A DNA stretch of 64,000 nucleotides from Myxococcales bacterium (GTDB lineage Bacteria > Myxococcota_A > Polyangia > Polyangiales > Polyangiaceae), in assembly GCA_043747615.1 (NCBI GenBank), contig JAYTOU010000003.1:32001-96000 (forward strand). Reading direction: 5' to 3'. How positions within the stretch are numbered: position 1 is the stretch's first letter; the number at the start of each line of letters is the position of its first letter. The position numbers and the translations under genes are program-made. Below, one piece after another: positions 48,743 through 57,720 of this stretch. Below the pieces are notes generated by a model. It saw only the letters and a list, made by a program, of their open reading frames with translations. It searched no databases and was not told where the DNA came from.

Positions 48743-50049
48743 GCGACAAGCCCTGCCGCGGTGACGATCTCGTTCTGAATTTTTCTGGCGTGAGTGAAGG
48801 CATCGAAGCTCTTCTCGACGCGCTCGCGGCCGCGCTGACCGTGGCGCGCGCGCAGATCACCGTCGCGGAAGTAGCGAACGATCCCCCGCGCGAGGCCAGG
48901 CACGTCAGGCGGCGCGCCGGCAATCAGCGTCCCGGTTCGCTTGTCCTCGATCATCTCGGAGACCCCTCCCACGTCGAAGGCAATGACCGGCTTGCCCATG
49001 GCCATGGACTCGATGACCGCGCGCGGCAGGGGATCCGGATAGACGCTCGGCACGACGGCGACGTCGAAGTCCGACACGTACGGCTTCACGTCCACGCGAA
49101 AGCCGAGAAATTGCACGTGGTCCGTGATCCCAAGCTCGCTCACGAGGGCGCGGCACTCGGCGAGATGATCGGGTCGAGAATCTTCCGGTGTGTCCCCGAG
49201 AACGACGAAGCGGCACCGCCTGCGCTCCGCCACGGTCATCGCGTCGAGAGCGAGCTTCGCCGCACGGACCATCTCGACATAGCCCTTACGCCGCAGGATG
49301 CGGCCTTGGCTTCCGAAGATCACGGTCTGCGCGTCGATCCCGTGCTCCGAACGGAGACATGGCTTGACGCTCTTGCCGGCAAACTCATTTACGTCGATCG
49401 CGTTGTGGATCACCGTCACCTTTTCGCGGCAGTGCGAAAACAGCGCGCGCGCGGTCTCCGAGACGCAGACGATCCGCGTGATGCCGCGGCTCGCGGCGAA
49501 GCGATCGTGGACCCCTCGAAGCGCGCGGGGAACGGAGCCGTAGCGCACGTGCCACAGCGCGGGGACGCCGCTCATCCGGGTGACAGCGCCGCCGGCGAAA
49601 TCGGCGTTGGTGCCATTGCAGTAGAGGAGATCGAACTGCCCGCGCTTGGCGAGGGACGTGAGGCGCGCGATCGCGAGGGCTCCCCTGCCGACGTTGGCCG
49701 CGAGTCGGAGACCGCGCAGCAAGAGCGGAGCTTCGAAGTCTCCGCGGGTCATTGCCCGACGGACGGGCTCGATCGGGTTCTCCACCAGGCAGGGCTCGTA
49801 GACGAGATCGTCGGCGACGGGGGTGAGAAGATCCCCGACGACCCCGGCCCGCGGAAGCACGACCGCCCGGTAAATCAACGCGGGATCGAGAAACTTCAGA
49901 ATGGTGAAGAGACTCCGCCCCGGGCCGCCGTTCCTGGCGGTGTCGTTGATGAAAAGGACGCGCACCTTTCGCCGTGGCCGCAGAGCGACGGGCGCCGCGT
50001 GAGTGGCGTGCGTGACGTGATGTTCGACGCGCGAGGGGGCGAGGGCCAT
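48739..50049 (-). CDS. GT4 glycosyltransferase
   Basis: RVLFIN...GGPGRSL; VIHNAID; GRILRRKG; VVPSVYPDPLPRAVIESMAMGKPVIA; start ATG 50049. Confidence 0.9.
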   Translation of the reverse strand: MALAPSRVEHHVTHATHAAPVALRPRRKVRVLFINDTARNGGPGRSLFTILKFLDPALIYRAVVLPRAGVVGDLLTPVADDLVYEPCLVENPIEPVRRAMTRGDFEAPLLLRGLRLAANVGRGALAIARLTSLAKRGQFDLLYCNGTNADFAGGAVTRMSGVPALWHVRYGSVPRALRGVHDRFAASRGITRIVCVSETARALFSHCREKVTVIHNAIDVNEFAGKSVKPCLRSEHGIDAQTVIFGSQGRILRRKGYVEMVRAAKLALDAMTVAERRRCRFVVLGDTPEDSRPDHLAECRALVSELGITDHVQFLGFRVDVKPYVSDFDVAVVPSVYPDPLPRAVIESMAMGKPVIAFDVGGVSEMIEDKRTGTLIAGAPPDVPGLARGIVRYFRDGDLRARHGQRGRERVEKSFDAFTHARKIQNEIVTAAGLVA

Positions 50050-50106
50050 CGAGAAGTGCCACTGGCTATACCATAAGGGCGAAATTAGACTATTTCGTAC
50101 ACGCTC

Positions 50107-51036
50107 ATGGCGCGGTCTTACCTCTGCGTGTCGATCGATTGCGAATGCGACAAGGGGGCCGGCTGGCGCTCGCAGCGGCCGCTCGCCTTCCAGGGGATCA
50201 CCGAGGGCATCGGCGCCCGCCTCCACCCGCTCTTTCTCCGCTACGGTGCAAAGCCGACGTACCTTCTCTCCGCGGAGGTGATGCGCGATCCGTCGAGTGT
50301 GGAGCTGCTCGCGGGGCTCCGGGGAGCGGAGCTCGGGGCGCATCTCCATGGTGAGTATGCCGAGCCGGGCGCCTTCGAGCCCGAGGTGACCGAAGCGTTC
50401 CAACGCGACTATCCGCGCGACGTGGAAGCGCAGAAGCTCGCCTACCTCACGGCGCTCTTCGCCAAGGCCTTCGGGAGCCGGCCTACCTCTTTTCGGGCCG
50501 GACGTTTCGGGGTCGGCGAGCACTCGATCGGCCTCCTCGAAGAGCTCGGCTACACGGTCGAGTCGAGCGTGACCCCGTTCATGAACTGGTCGTCGAAGGG
50601 CGCGCGCGGGCTGTCGTTCCTCGACGCCCCGACGCAGCCTTACCGACCGAGCGCGACGAACGCGGGCAAGCGCGGACCAAGCCAAATTCTAGAGGTTCCG
50701 GTGACGATTCGCCCGCGCGTCCTTGGCCGCCTGCCTGTCCTCGGAAAACGGATCGAGCCTCGCTGGCTCCGACCGACGAGCGGCTCTTCGGCCTCCCTCG
50801 TTCGCCTTGCGAAGGAGGAGATTGCTGACGCCACGCGCGCTCGTCCCGACGTGCCGGTGGTCCTCAACGCGATGTTCCACAACGTCGAGGTCATCCCGGA
50901 CGCGAGCCCCTACGCTGCCACCGAGAGCGCCACGACACGCATCTTGGGACGCCTCGAAGCACTCCTCGCATTTGCCGCGCGTGAGGGCATCGCGGTGATC
51001 GGCCTCTCCGACGTCACGGGGATCTTCGCGTGGTAG
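50107..51036 (+). CDS. WalW-like polysaccharide deacetylase
   Basis: VSIDCECD, KPTYLL, LGAHLH, SFRAGRFG, ESSVTP, ILEVPVT, MFH. Confidence 0.82.
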   Translation: MARSYLCVSIDCECDKGAGWRSQRPLAFQGITEGIGARLHPLFLRYGAKPTYLLSAEVMRDPSSVELLAGLRGAELGAHLHGEYAEPGAFEPEVTEAFQRDYPRDVEAQKLAYLTALFAKAFGSRPTSFRAGRFGVGEHSIGLLEELGYTVESSVTPFMNWSSKGARGLSFLDAPTQPYRPSATNAGKRGPSQILEVPVTIRPRVLGRLPVLGKRIEPRWLRPTSGSSASLVRLAKEEIADATRARPDVPVVLNAMFHNVEVIPDASPYAATESATTRILGRLEALLAFAAREGIAVIGLSDVTGIFAW

Positions 51037-52382
51037 AAGAGGCCACCCGCCTGCCGGCGAGAAGATCGATCGTGAGGACGTCGCTCCTCCTTTTGCCGAT
51101 GCAGATCGTCTTTCGCGGAGGTGAGGCCGTGCTCCCTCTCCTTCTCGCGGCGTGGTTCGGCCGGAGCCAGCTCACCGACGTTTACTACTTCGCCTGGGCG
51201 GTCTTCGCGTTCGCGGGCTCCCTGATTTTTTCGCTCTACCATGACTCCGCGCTCATTCCCGTTCTCGCCGAGGTCAGGCTCGCCACGCCAAAAGAGCTGC
51301 CACGCGTCACCGGGTCTCTGCTCGCGCACACCCTGGCGATCGGCAGCGCGCTCTCGCTCTGCATCGGCGCCTTCGCTCTCGGATGGTTTCGCCTTCGCTA
51401 TGACGGCCCCGCCTTCACCCTCGCCTCCCGGATGATCCCGCCGTTTTGCGTGTTCCTCGTGGCCCTGAGCATCAAGACTTTCTTCGTCGCCATCCTCAAT
51501 TCGGAGCACCACTTTTCAGCCTACCCCGTGGCGAGCTCGATCGGCGTCACCGTCACCATCGCGCTCATCTTCACGATGAGGGGCGTGCTTGGGGTGCTGG
51601 CCGTTCCGATCGCGTCTCTCGCCGGTGAGCTCGTCGCCATCGGCGTCCTGTCGTACATCGTCTTCGGTATGTGTCGGATCCGGATGTCGCTCAGCTTTGC
51701 TCGTCCAGAGCCCGTCCTGCGCTTCGCGCGTCTCATTGCCTCGGACGTCGGCGGGCAAGCGGTCACCCGCATCAACCCGGTCGTCGATCAGCTGATGGCC
51801 GGGCTCGCTGGAGTGATCGGCGGGGGCACGCTCCTTCGCTACACGAGTGACGTCTCCTCGCTGCCGACGTCGCTCCTCCAGGCGAGTCTTTTGCCCGTCC
51901 TCCTGTCGCATCTGTCCGACGACTTCGCCGCGCAAAACTACGAGAAAATAAGGCACACCGTGACGCGCGCGCTCGTGTGGGTGAGCGGAATTTTGATCGC
52001 TGTGAGCCTTGCTCTCTTTGCGGTGCGCGCGCCGCTCCTGCGTCTGGTGTTCCTGCGCGGAGGCATGGATGCCGAGGGTGTGGCGCGCATGGCCCGCCTC
52101 CTTCCGTACCATCTGGTGGGTCTCGCTCCGTTCGGCGCCTTGCTCGTCCTCGCACGCGCCCACGTGGCCATGAAGAACACGTCGATCATGATCGGCATGG
52201 GGGTGATGAACGCCTCACTCAACGTTGGATTCAACGTCGTCCTTCTCCACGCGATCGGCCTCGAAGGCATCGCCCTTTCCACGTCGTGCGTGCACGCCGC
52301 CATCGCCATCGTGTTTTGGTTTCTTTTCGAATCCAAGCTGGCGCGCGCGCGCCGCGAGGCGGTGGGATCACCCGAGACATGA
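51030..52382 (+). CDS. MurJ/MviN-like (MOP superfamily) flippase
   Basis: LAAWFG...TDVYYFA; LIPVL; INPVVDQLMA; LVFLRGGM; GLEGIALSTS; about 12-14 TM. Confidence 0.85.
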   Translation: MVEEATRLPARRSIVRTSLLLLPMQIVFRGGEAVLPLLLAAWFGRSQLTDVYYFAWAVFAFAGSLIFSLYHDSALIPVLAEVRLATPKELPRVTGSLLAHTLAIGSALSLCIGAFALGWFRLRYDGPAFTLASRMIPPFCVFLVALSIKTFFVAILNSEHHFSAYPVASSIGVTVTIALIFTMRGVLGVLAVPIASLAGELVAIGVLSYIVFGMCRIRMSLSFARPEPVLRFARLIASDVGGQAVTRINPVVDQLMAGLAGVIGGGTLLRYTSDVSSLPTSLLQASLLPVLLSHLSDDFAAQNYEKIRHTVTRALVWVSGILIAVSLALFAVRAPLLRLVFLRGGMDAEGVARMARLLPYHLVGLAPFGALLVLARAHVAMKNTSIMIGMGVMNASLNVGFNVVLLHAIGLEGIALSTSCVHAAIAIVFWFLFESKLARARREAVGSPET

Positions 52383-53461
52383 CCAAGGTCGTGCACGTCG
52401 TCGTGGCGGGCGAGATCGGAGGCGCGGAGCGGATGCTGTGCGACCTCGCGTCGAGACCGAAGGAGACCCGCGCTGACCACGTCATCGCCTTGATGACGCC
52501 GAACGACGGTCTTTTACGGCTCTTCGAGAGCGCGGGCCTCAGGGTTTACGATCGCGGGCGGGTGCGCGACAACCCTGCGGCCTTCTTGTGGCGCTCACTC
52601 GGACCACTCGACACGCGCTGGCTCGAGCACGTCCTTCAGCGCGAACGCGCGACGGTAGCTCACCTCCATACGTTCGCGTCGCAGGTGATCGGGACGCGCG
52701 CGGCATTGCGGGTGAACGCACGCGTCGTCCGCACCGAACATTCTACGCGCGCCTACGACGATCTGAGCTGCTGGCCGTTCTGCCGCTGGTCGCTCCGTCG
52801 CACCGACGCGTGCGTCGCGGTAAGCGAGCACGTTCGCCGCGTGGCCACCGCCAAGGCTCCGTGGATCGCCGGTAAAACAAGGGTGATCTTGAATGGCGTG
52901 GATACCGTGCGTTTCTTGCCGAGGCTCGTTCCCTTGCCCGAGCTCTTCACCTTCGTCCTCGTGGGAAGGCTCGAGCGGCGCAAGGGCGTCGACCTCGCGA
53001 TCGAGGCGCTGAGTGAAGCTCCGGGGGCGCATCTCGAGGTCGTCGGCGACGGCCACGAGCGTGGGTCGCTCGAAGCGTTGGTTCGCGAGCGGGGCATGAC
53101 CGGCCGGGTTCGCTTCCACGGTCACCTGGCTGACACGCGCTCGGTCGTCGCGGCGAGCCACGCGGCGCTCTCGAGCTCACGCAAGGAAGGCCTCGGACTT
53201 GCGAACCTCGAGGCGATGGCCATGGCTCGCGCGGTCGTCGCGTTGCCCACGGGAGGCGTTCCGGAGGTCGTCATGGACGAGAAAACAGGCTTTATTTCTC
53301 GAGAAACGACCGTTCACTCCCTTGCGCTGCGCATGCGCGACGCGATGAGCGACCGACAACGGACGGCCTCCGTCGGAGAGGCCGCCCGCGCGTTCGTGGT
53401 CGAGCGGTGCTCGATCGAGATGATGTGCCGCGCGTACGGAGACGTCTACGCGCCGCCGTGA
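52379..53461 (+). CDS. GT4 glycosyltransferase
   Basis: IGGAER; VILNGVD; VGRLERRKG; SRKEGLGLANLEAMA; ATGA overlap. Confidence 0.92.
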   Translation: MTKVVHVVVAGEIGGAERMLCDLASRPKETRADHVIALMTPNDGLLRLFESAGLRVYDRGRVRDNPAAFLWRSLGPLDTRWLEHVLQRERATVAHLHTFASQVIGTRAALRVNARVVRTEHSTRAYDDLSCWPFCRWSLRRTDACVAVSEHVRRVATAKAPWIAGKTRVILNGVDTVRFLPRLVPLPELFTFVLVGRLERRKGVDLAIEALSEAPGAHLEVVGDGHERGSLEALVRERGMTGRVRFHGHLADTRSVVAASHAALSSSRKEGLGLANLEAMAMARAVVALPTGGVPEVVMDEKTGFISRETTVHSLALRMRDAMSDRQRTASVGEAARAFVVERCSIEMMCRAYGDVYAPP

Positions 53462-54600
53462 GCGCCCGCTTTGCCGCTGATGCTCGCGCTCGCCTGCACG
53501 CTGACGCTGATGGATGCTTGCGCACTCACGCACGCGCTCGCTGCGGCCGCGATGCATGCCCCCGCGTGAGCCGTGAGCTGACCGACCGCATTGGGAAGCT
53601 CGCTGCCCGTGCGGACGAGGATCTCGATGTCCCCTCCGAGTCGTTTGCCGTAGGCCAGCTCGGCCTGGAGAAGCGCCGGCAAGTTCGCCTGGAGCGTTGC
53701 GATGAGCTTCGGCATCTCGCCGGTGTTCACGCTCGACTGCACGTTGACCCTCGCCGGCGTGCACTGCGCCGTGAGCTCTGCGTGCGCCTTGCAGCTCCCC
53801 TCACAATGCGCGTCGGCGCTGGGCGCCTTTACGGCGATGTCGCACTTCGGCTCTTTGTAGTCGATGTTGCAGTTGCCGTGGCAGTCGGCCGAGCACGAAC
53901 CCTTGCACGTGCCTTTGCATGTGCCCGCGCACTGCCCCGCCGCCTGACCGTTTGCGCCGGCGCCCGTTGCCTTCGCGCCCGCCGCTCCCTGGCATTCACC
54001 CTGGCATTCGCCGTTGCAAGTGCCGCTGCACGTACCCGAGCAGGTGCCTTCGCATCGCCCGTAGAGATGCCCGGGCTCGCAATGGGCTTTGACGTAGCCG
54101 GGATCGAAGTTCGCATTGCATTGCCCCTTGCACGAGGCCTCCGCGTTCGCCTGCACTTCGCAGCGCGGCGGGGTCACGTCGGCTTTGATCGAAGCCGAGA
54201 CGCCCGCCTTGAGGATCGCGTCGATCTTCGCGGAGACGGCGTTGCAAGCTGCAGAGACCTTGTTTTTTCCATCGGTGGCCGCCATCTGCTCGGGCGGCAC
54301 TCCGAGATCGTGTCCCATTCTCTCGCACGCAGCGCCCACTTCCCCTTCGACCTTCGCGGCGACGTTGGCGAGATCTCCAGACGCAGTGACGAACGCGCGG
54401 ATGGTACCGTTGGCCTTCGCGTCGGCTTCGAAGTTCGCGTTCATCGCGCCGCCCGCGAGCTCGGGACAGGTGATCGCACCGAGCGCTCCCCCGCCGCTGC
54501 CGCCGGCAAGACCGCCAAGCCCGCCTTCTCCGCCGCAGGCAATGACCACACACGATACGAAAACAACGGCAAAGAGCCGCTTCCCCAGACAATTCGCCAT
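53446..54600 (-). CDS. lipoprotein with CxGxC repeats
   Basis: VIAC lipobox; CEGTCSGTCSGTCNGECQGECQG and CAGTCKGTCKGSC; helical flanks; C-terminal ASISVSVQASAS. Confidence 0.85.
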   Translation of the reverse strand: MANCLGKRLFAVVFVSCVVIACGGEGGLGGLAGGSGGGALGAITCPELAGGAMNANFEADAKANGTIRAFVTASGDLANVAAKVEGEVGAACERMGHDLGVPPEQMAATDGKNKVSAACNAVSAKIDAILKAGVSASIKADVTPPRCEVQANAEASCKGQCNANFDPGYVKAHCEPGHLYGRCEGTCSGTCSGTCNGECQGECQGAAGAKATGAGANGQAAGQCAGTCKGTCKGSCSADCHGNCNIDYKEPKCDIAVKAPSADAHCEGSCKAHAELTAQCTPARVNVQSSVNTGEMPKLIATLQANLPALLQAELAYGKRLGGDIEILVRTGSELPNAVGQLTAHAGACIAAAASACVSAQASISVSVQASASISGKAGAHGGA

Positions 54601-54652
54601 CTTTTTGCGTCTCCCAGAACCAGTTGAGTTTGTTGGATGCCGATATACCTCT

Positions 54653-55846
54653 TCAGGGGGCGCGACTGCGATCTCTACCCTCGCGGGTGGCCTCGAGCAT
54701 GCCGTCCGTGATCGCCGTGACGAGCTGGTCGAAGTCGGCGCGATTGAAGTGGGCGCCGCTCGCTAGCCAGTCGATGTGAATGGCGTCGGGTTTCTCACCC
54801 GGAAAAACGCGCTCATCGCGGAAATGCCCGAGGACGTCGAGGTGATCGCCGTAGCCCGCCCAAACGAGCTTTCCCCAGATCTGCGACCTCAGAGGAACGA
54901 CGCCGTCATTCGCGCGCGCGCCCGGAGCGCGGTCGAAGGCCCGCACGAGGAGGGCTTCCGCTTCATCGCCCGCGAAAGGCGCCGCACATGGATAGCGTGC
55001 GTCGTAGCGCGAGGTCAGGCTGTAGAGGGTCGCGAAGAGCGGCGTCGAGACAACGCTCCACGGACCATGAATGCTGTTGAGCCAGCCGCGGGGCGACGGA
55101 GGCGGCGCCGCGGACGCGGTCGACTGATAGAGCACGCCCGGACGGTCTTCGATGCCCGCCTGAAAGAGATCCATTGCCTCCGGCGTCAGCTGGATCACCG
55201 ACCCTTGATCTTCTTTGATCGCTTCGAGGTACGCGCGAACTTCGCGGCTGCGTGTCTCGTCGATGACCCCGAGAAGCGAGTCGGTGATGCGGTCGAGGAG
55301 CTTTAGCTCGACGCCGAGGGCCCGATCCACACGCCCCACCGCCATGACCAGGGCACTCGCGACGGCCAGCGGAGGAGCGCCGAGCGAGAGCGCGATGAAG
55401 GTGAGCGCGCTGACGGCGTAGAGCATGCGCTGCCCCTGGGCCGTCGCAAAGAAGGTCGCGAGCGGTGTCCCGAAGTGCGGCGCATTCATGGTGGTCACGC
55501 TGGCCAGACGCGGGATCCACGTCATCGCCGCTCGATCCACCGGGAGCTGCGCGCTCGGCGAAGCGACGAGACGCGCGTCGAGGCCGCCGGTGGAATGGCC
55601 GAGCAGATGAATCGGCCCGGACGCGTCGTCGTCGTCGCTCGCCGTCCGACCCACGAGCTCCGCGAGCTTCCCGGCGCGGCGCCGCACGGAGGCCGTCGGC
55701 AGCACCTCGACGACGTAGGTCGCGACCTCGCAGCCCTGCGCGCGCAGCCTTTCGCTGATGGCCCTCTCGAGATGGGCGAAGTAGTCGTACGACGCCAGCC
55801 GCCCGAAGCCGAACATCCCAGGATCAAAGTAAATGCGGTGAAGCAT
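54653..55846 (-). CDS. alpha/beta-hydrolase lipase/esterase
   Basis: PGMFGF oxyanion region, GHSTGG, PHFGTPLA, NDGVV, DHLDV. Confidence 0.9.
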   Translation of the reverse strand: MLHRIYFDPGMFGFGRLASYDYFAHLERAISERLRAQGCEVATYVVEVLPTASVRRRAGKLAELVGRTASDDDDASGPIHLLGHSTGGLDARLVASPSAQLPVDRAAMTWIPRLASVTTMNAPHFGTPLATFFATAQGQRMLYAVSALTFIALSLGAPPLAVASALVMAVGRVDRALGVELKLLDRITDSLLGVIDETRSREVRAYLEAIKEDQGSVIQLTPEAMDLFQAGIEDRPGVLYQSTASAAPPPSPRGWLNSIHGPWSVVSTPLFATLYSLTSRYDARYPCAAPFAGDEAEALLVRAFDRAPGARANDGVVPLRSQIWGKLVWAGYGDHLDVLGHFRDERVFPGEKPDAIHIDWLASGAHFNRADFDQLVTAITDGMLEATREGRDRSRAP

Positions 55847-55970
55847 GCGGCGACACCATCAATGCCAACCCGCGCGAGATCCAGTGAATGTAGACGTGTT
55901 CAGGCATGCCACCCATTTTACGCACCGGGCACGATTTGAATTCCCCCCGTGTCCATCTCCCCTTACGACT

Positions 55971-56002
55971 CGTCCGTCGCGTAAATCTCTACGCGGCTGA
56001 CG
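55971..56002 (+). other. stable hairpin upstream of the FGE-domain gene
   Basis: CGTC-c-GTCGCGTA-aatctc-TACGCGGC-t-GACG stem-loop about 17 nt before the GGAGG RBS. Confidence 0.45.
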
Positions 56003-56023
56003 GCACGCGCCACACCTTGGGAG

Positions 56024-57016
56024 GTGAGTTTGACGTTTCTCCCGAAGACGAAGCGGACGGCAGCATTCTTCATCGGTTTCGCAGGATTCGCGGGATTTAC
56101 AGGGTCGATGGCCCTCACCGCGGGTTGCGCCAAGGTCGCTATCGAGAGCCGAATGAGCGCAGCTAGCGCTTTTAGCGGTGGTTCTGGAACCAGCCATGGA
56201 ATCGGCCTGTCGAAGAGCCGGATGAGCGATTTCAGCGCCCGCACCCTCGGCTCCGGCAACGGCGGCCTCCTCTTGGGAGGGCGCGGAACCGAGCCAAACA
56301 CCCCGCTCGAGCTTCTGCTCGGAGAGGGCGACCGCCCGCTCGGGAACAACGGCCTGTGCCCCCCGGACATGGCCAGCATCGAAGACCGTTTCTGCGTCGA
56401 CCGCTACGAAGCCTCCGTGGTCGAGGTCTTCCCGAACGGCGTCGAAAAGGCGTGGTCGGCGTTCGAAGCAAGCAAGGGTCACGTCGTCCGCGCCGTCAGC
56501 GAGCCCCACGTCTTTCCGCAGGGGTACATCAGCGGGAATCAAGCCGCCGAAGCGTGCGCCCTTTCGGGCAAGCGTCTCTGCAAACCCACCGAGTGGAAAA
56601 AGGCCTGCATGGGGCCCAGCCAATCGACGTTTGGTTACAGCGAGAAGCGCCAAAGCGGCCGCTGCAACGACCACGGCAAGAGCGCCATGGGCGCCATCTA
56701 CGGCGCTCCCGACAGCCGAAAACGCGACCGCGGCTACTGGTCGATGGACCGCATGAACAACCCGGCGCTGAACCAGGTGCCCGGCACCCTCGCGAAATCC
56801 GGCGAGCACGAGGGCTGCACCAACGACTTCGGCGTCTACGACATGGTCGGCAACCTGCACGAGTGGGTCGCCGATCCGAACGGCACGTTTCAGGGCGGCT
56901 ACTACCTCGACACGCATCTCAATGGCGACGGCTGCTCGTACCGCACCATGGCGCACGAGACCGCCTACCATGACTACTCCACGGGCTTTCGCTGCTGCGC
57001 GGATCCCGCTCCCTGA
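56024..57016 (+). CDS. FGE-sulfatase (SUMF1/EgtB/PvdO) domain lipoprotein
   Basis: TAGC lipobox; CPPDM...FCVDRYE; GKRLC...EW..AC; GVYDMVGNLHEW; GFRCC; TTG 56030 follows GGAGG. Confidence 0.88.
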   Translation: MSLTFLPKTKRTAAFFIGFAGFAGFTGSMALTAGCAKVAIESRMSAASAFSGGSGTSHGIGLSKSRMSDFSARTLGSGNGGLLLGGRGTEPNTPLELLLGEGDRPLGNNGLCPPDMASIEDRFCVDRYEASVVEVFPNGVEKAWSAFEASKGHVVRAVSEPHVFPQGYISGNQAAEACALSGKRLCKPTEWKKACMGPSQSTFGYSEKRQSGRCNDHGKSAMGAIYGAPDSRKRDRGYWSMDRMNNPALNQVPGTLAKSGEHEGCTNDFGVYDMVGNLHEWVADPNGTFQGGYYLDTHLNGDGCSYRTMAHETAYHDYSTGFRCCADPAP

Positions 57017-57030
57017 TCTAGACTTCGCGA

Positions 57031-57720
57031 ATGCCTCGACGCGGGTCGCTGATCTTGGTGTTGGCAGCAGCGTGCACCCGGCATAGCCCGCCGCCCGAGA
57101 AACAAGCGATCGCGCCCTCGGCGGCTGCTCCTCAACAACAGGAGAGGACCGATTCTGCCGTCGCCGCCGACCATGCTCCTGATGCGGGCCCTTCGCCGGC
57201 GGCGGTCCAGCATGGGCCCTATAAGGTCGTCCTTCACATCGGCGACTCGACGGTCGGCTACATGGGAGGCCTCGAAAAAGCGCTCGAGAAGCGTTTCAAG
57301 GCGGAGGGGACCAAGCGCTTCGTGTTCGAGGCGGTGACGAGCGCGTCGGTCGCAAATTTCGATGAGTCGAAGCAGTTCAGGGGACTCCTCGCCCAATACA
57401 AACCGGACCTCGTGATCCTCACGCTCGGCGCGAACGACGTGTTCATCCCTCGCCCCGATGTCTTTGCGTCGAACGTGACGAAGATCGCGAAGCGGGCGAG
57501 CGTGGTCGATTGCGTCTGGATCGGCCCCCCGACCTGGAAAAAAGACACCGGCATCGTCGATGTAATTCGCGATCACAGTGCGCCCTGCCGCTTCTTCGAT
57601 TCGAGCCTCCTCACGCTGAAGCGCCGAGGCGACGGCATTCACCCCACCGACGAAGGAGGCGAGACGTGGGCGGCGCTCTTCTGGCCTTTCTTCAAGGGCG
57701 AGCCCGTCACGGCGCGGTGA
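57031..57720 (+). CDS. SGNH/GDSL hydrolase lipoprotein
   Basis: AAAC lipobox; IGDS, LGAND, WIGPP, DGIHP. Confidence 0.87.
   Translation: MPRRGSLILVLAAACTRHSPPPEKQAIAPSAAAPQQQERTDSAVAADHAPDAGPSPAAVQHGPYKVVLHIGDSTVGYMGGLEKALEKRFKAEGTKRFVFEAVTSASVANFDESKQFRGLLAQYKPDLVILTLGANDVFIPRPDVFASNVTKIAKRASVVDCVWIGPPTWKKDTGIVDVIRDHSAPCRFFDSSLLTLKRRGDGIHPTDEGGETWAALFWPFFKGEPVTAR

Noticed and set aside
50050..50685. 648-aa version of the GT4 (48739-50685); likewise the extended starts at 24613, 30459, 39351, 43864 and 51977
   Set aside because: The extensions overlap well-supported neighbouring genes and carry no domain content; downstream starts have an RBS, a coupled overlap or begin at the domain.
51030..52382. 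Housekeeping peptidoglycan murJ
   Set aside because: Short and divergent, and embedded among GT4 and deacetylase genes; more likely a pathway-specific paralogue, so no gene symbol was assigned.
55919..55940. Resemblance of TACGCACCGGGCAC to the start of a c-di-GMP-I riboswitch
   Set aside because: The GCAAA, GNRA tetraloop and downstream conserved elements are absent.
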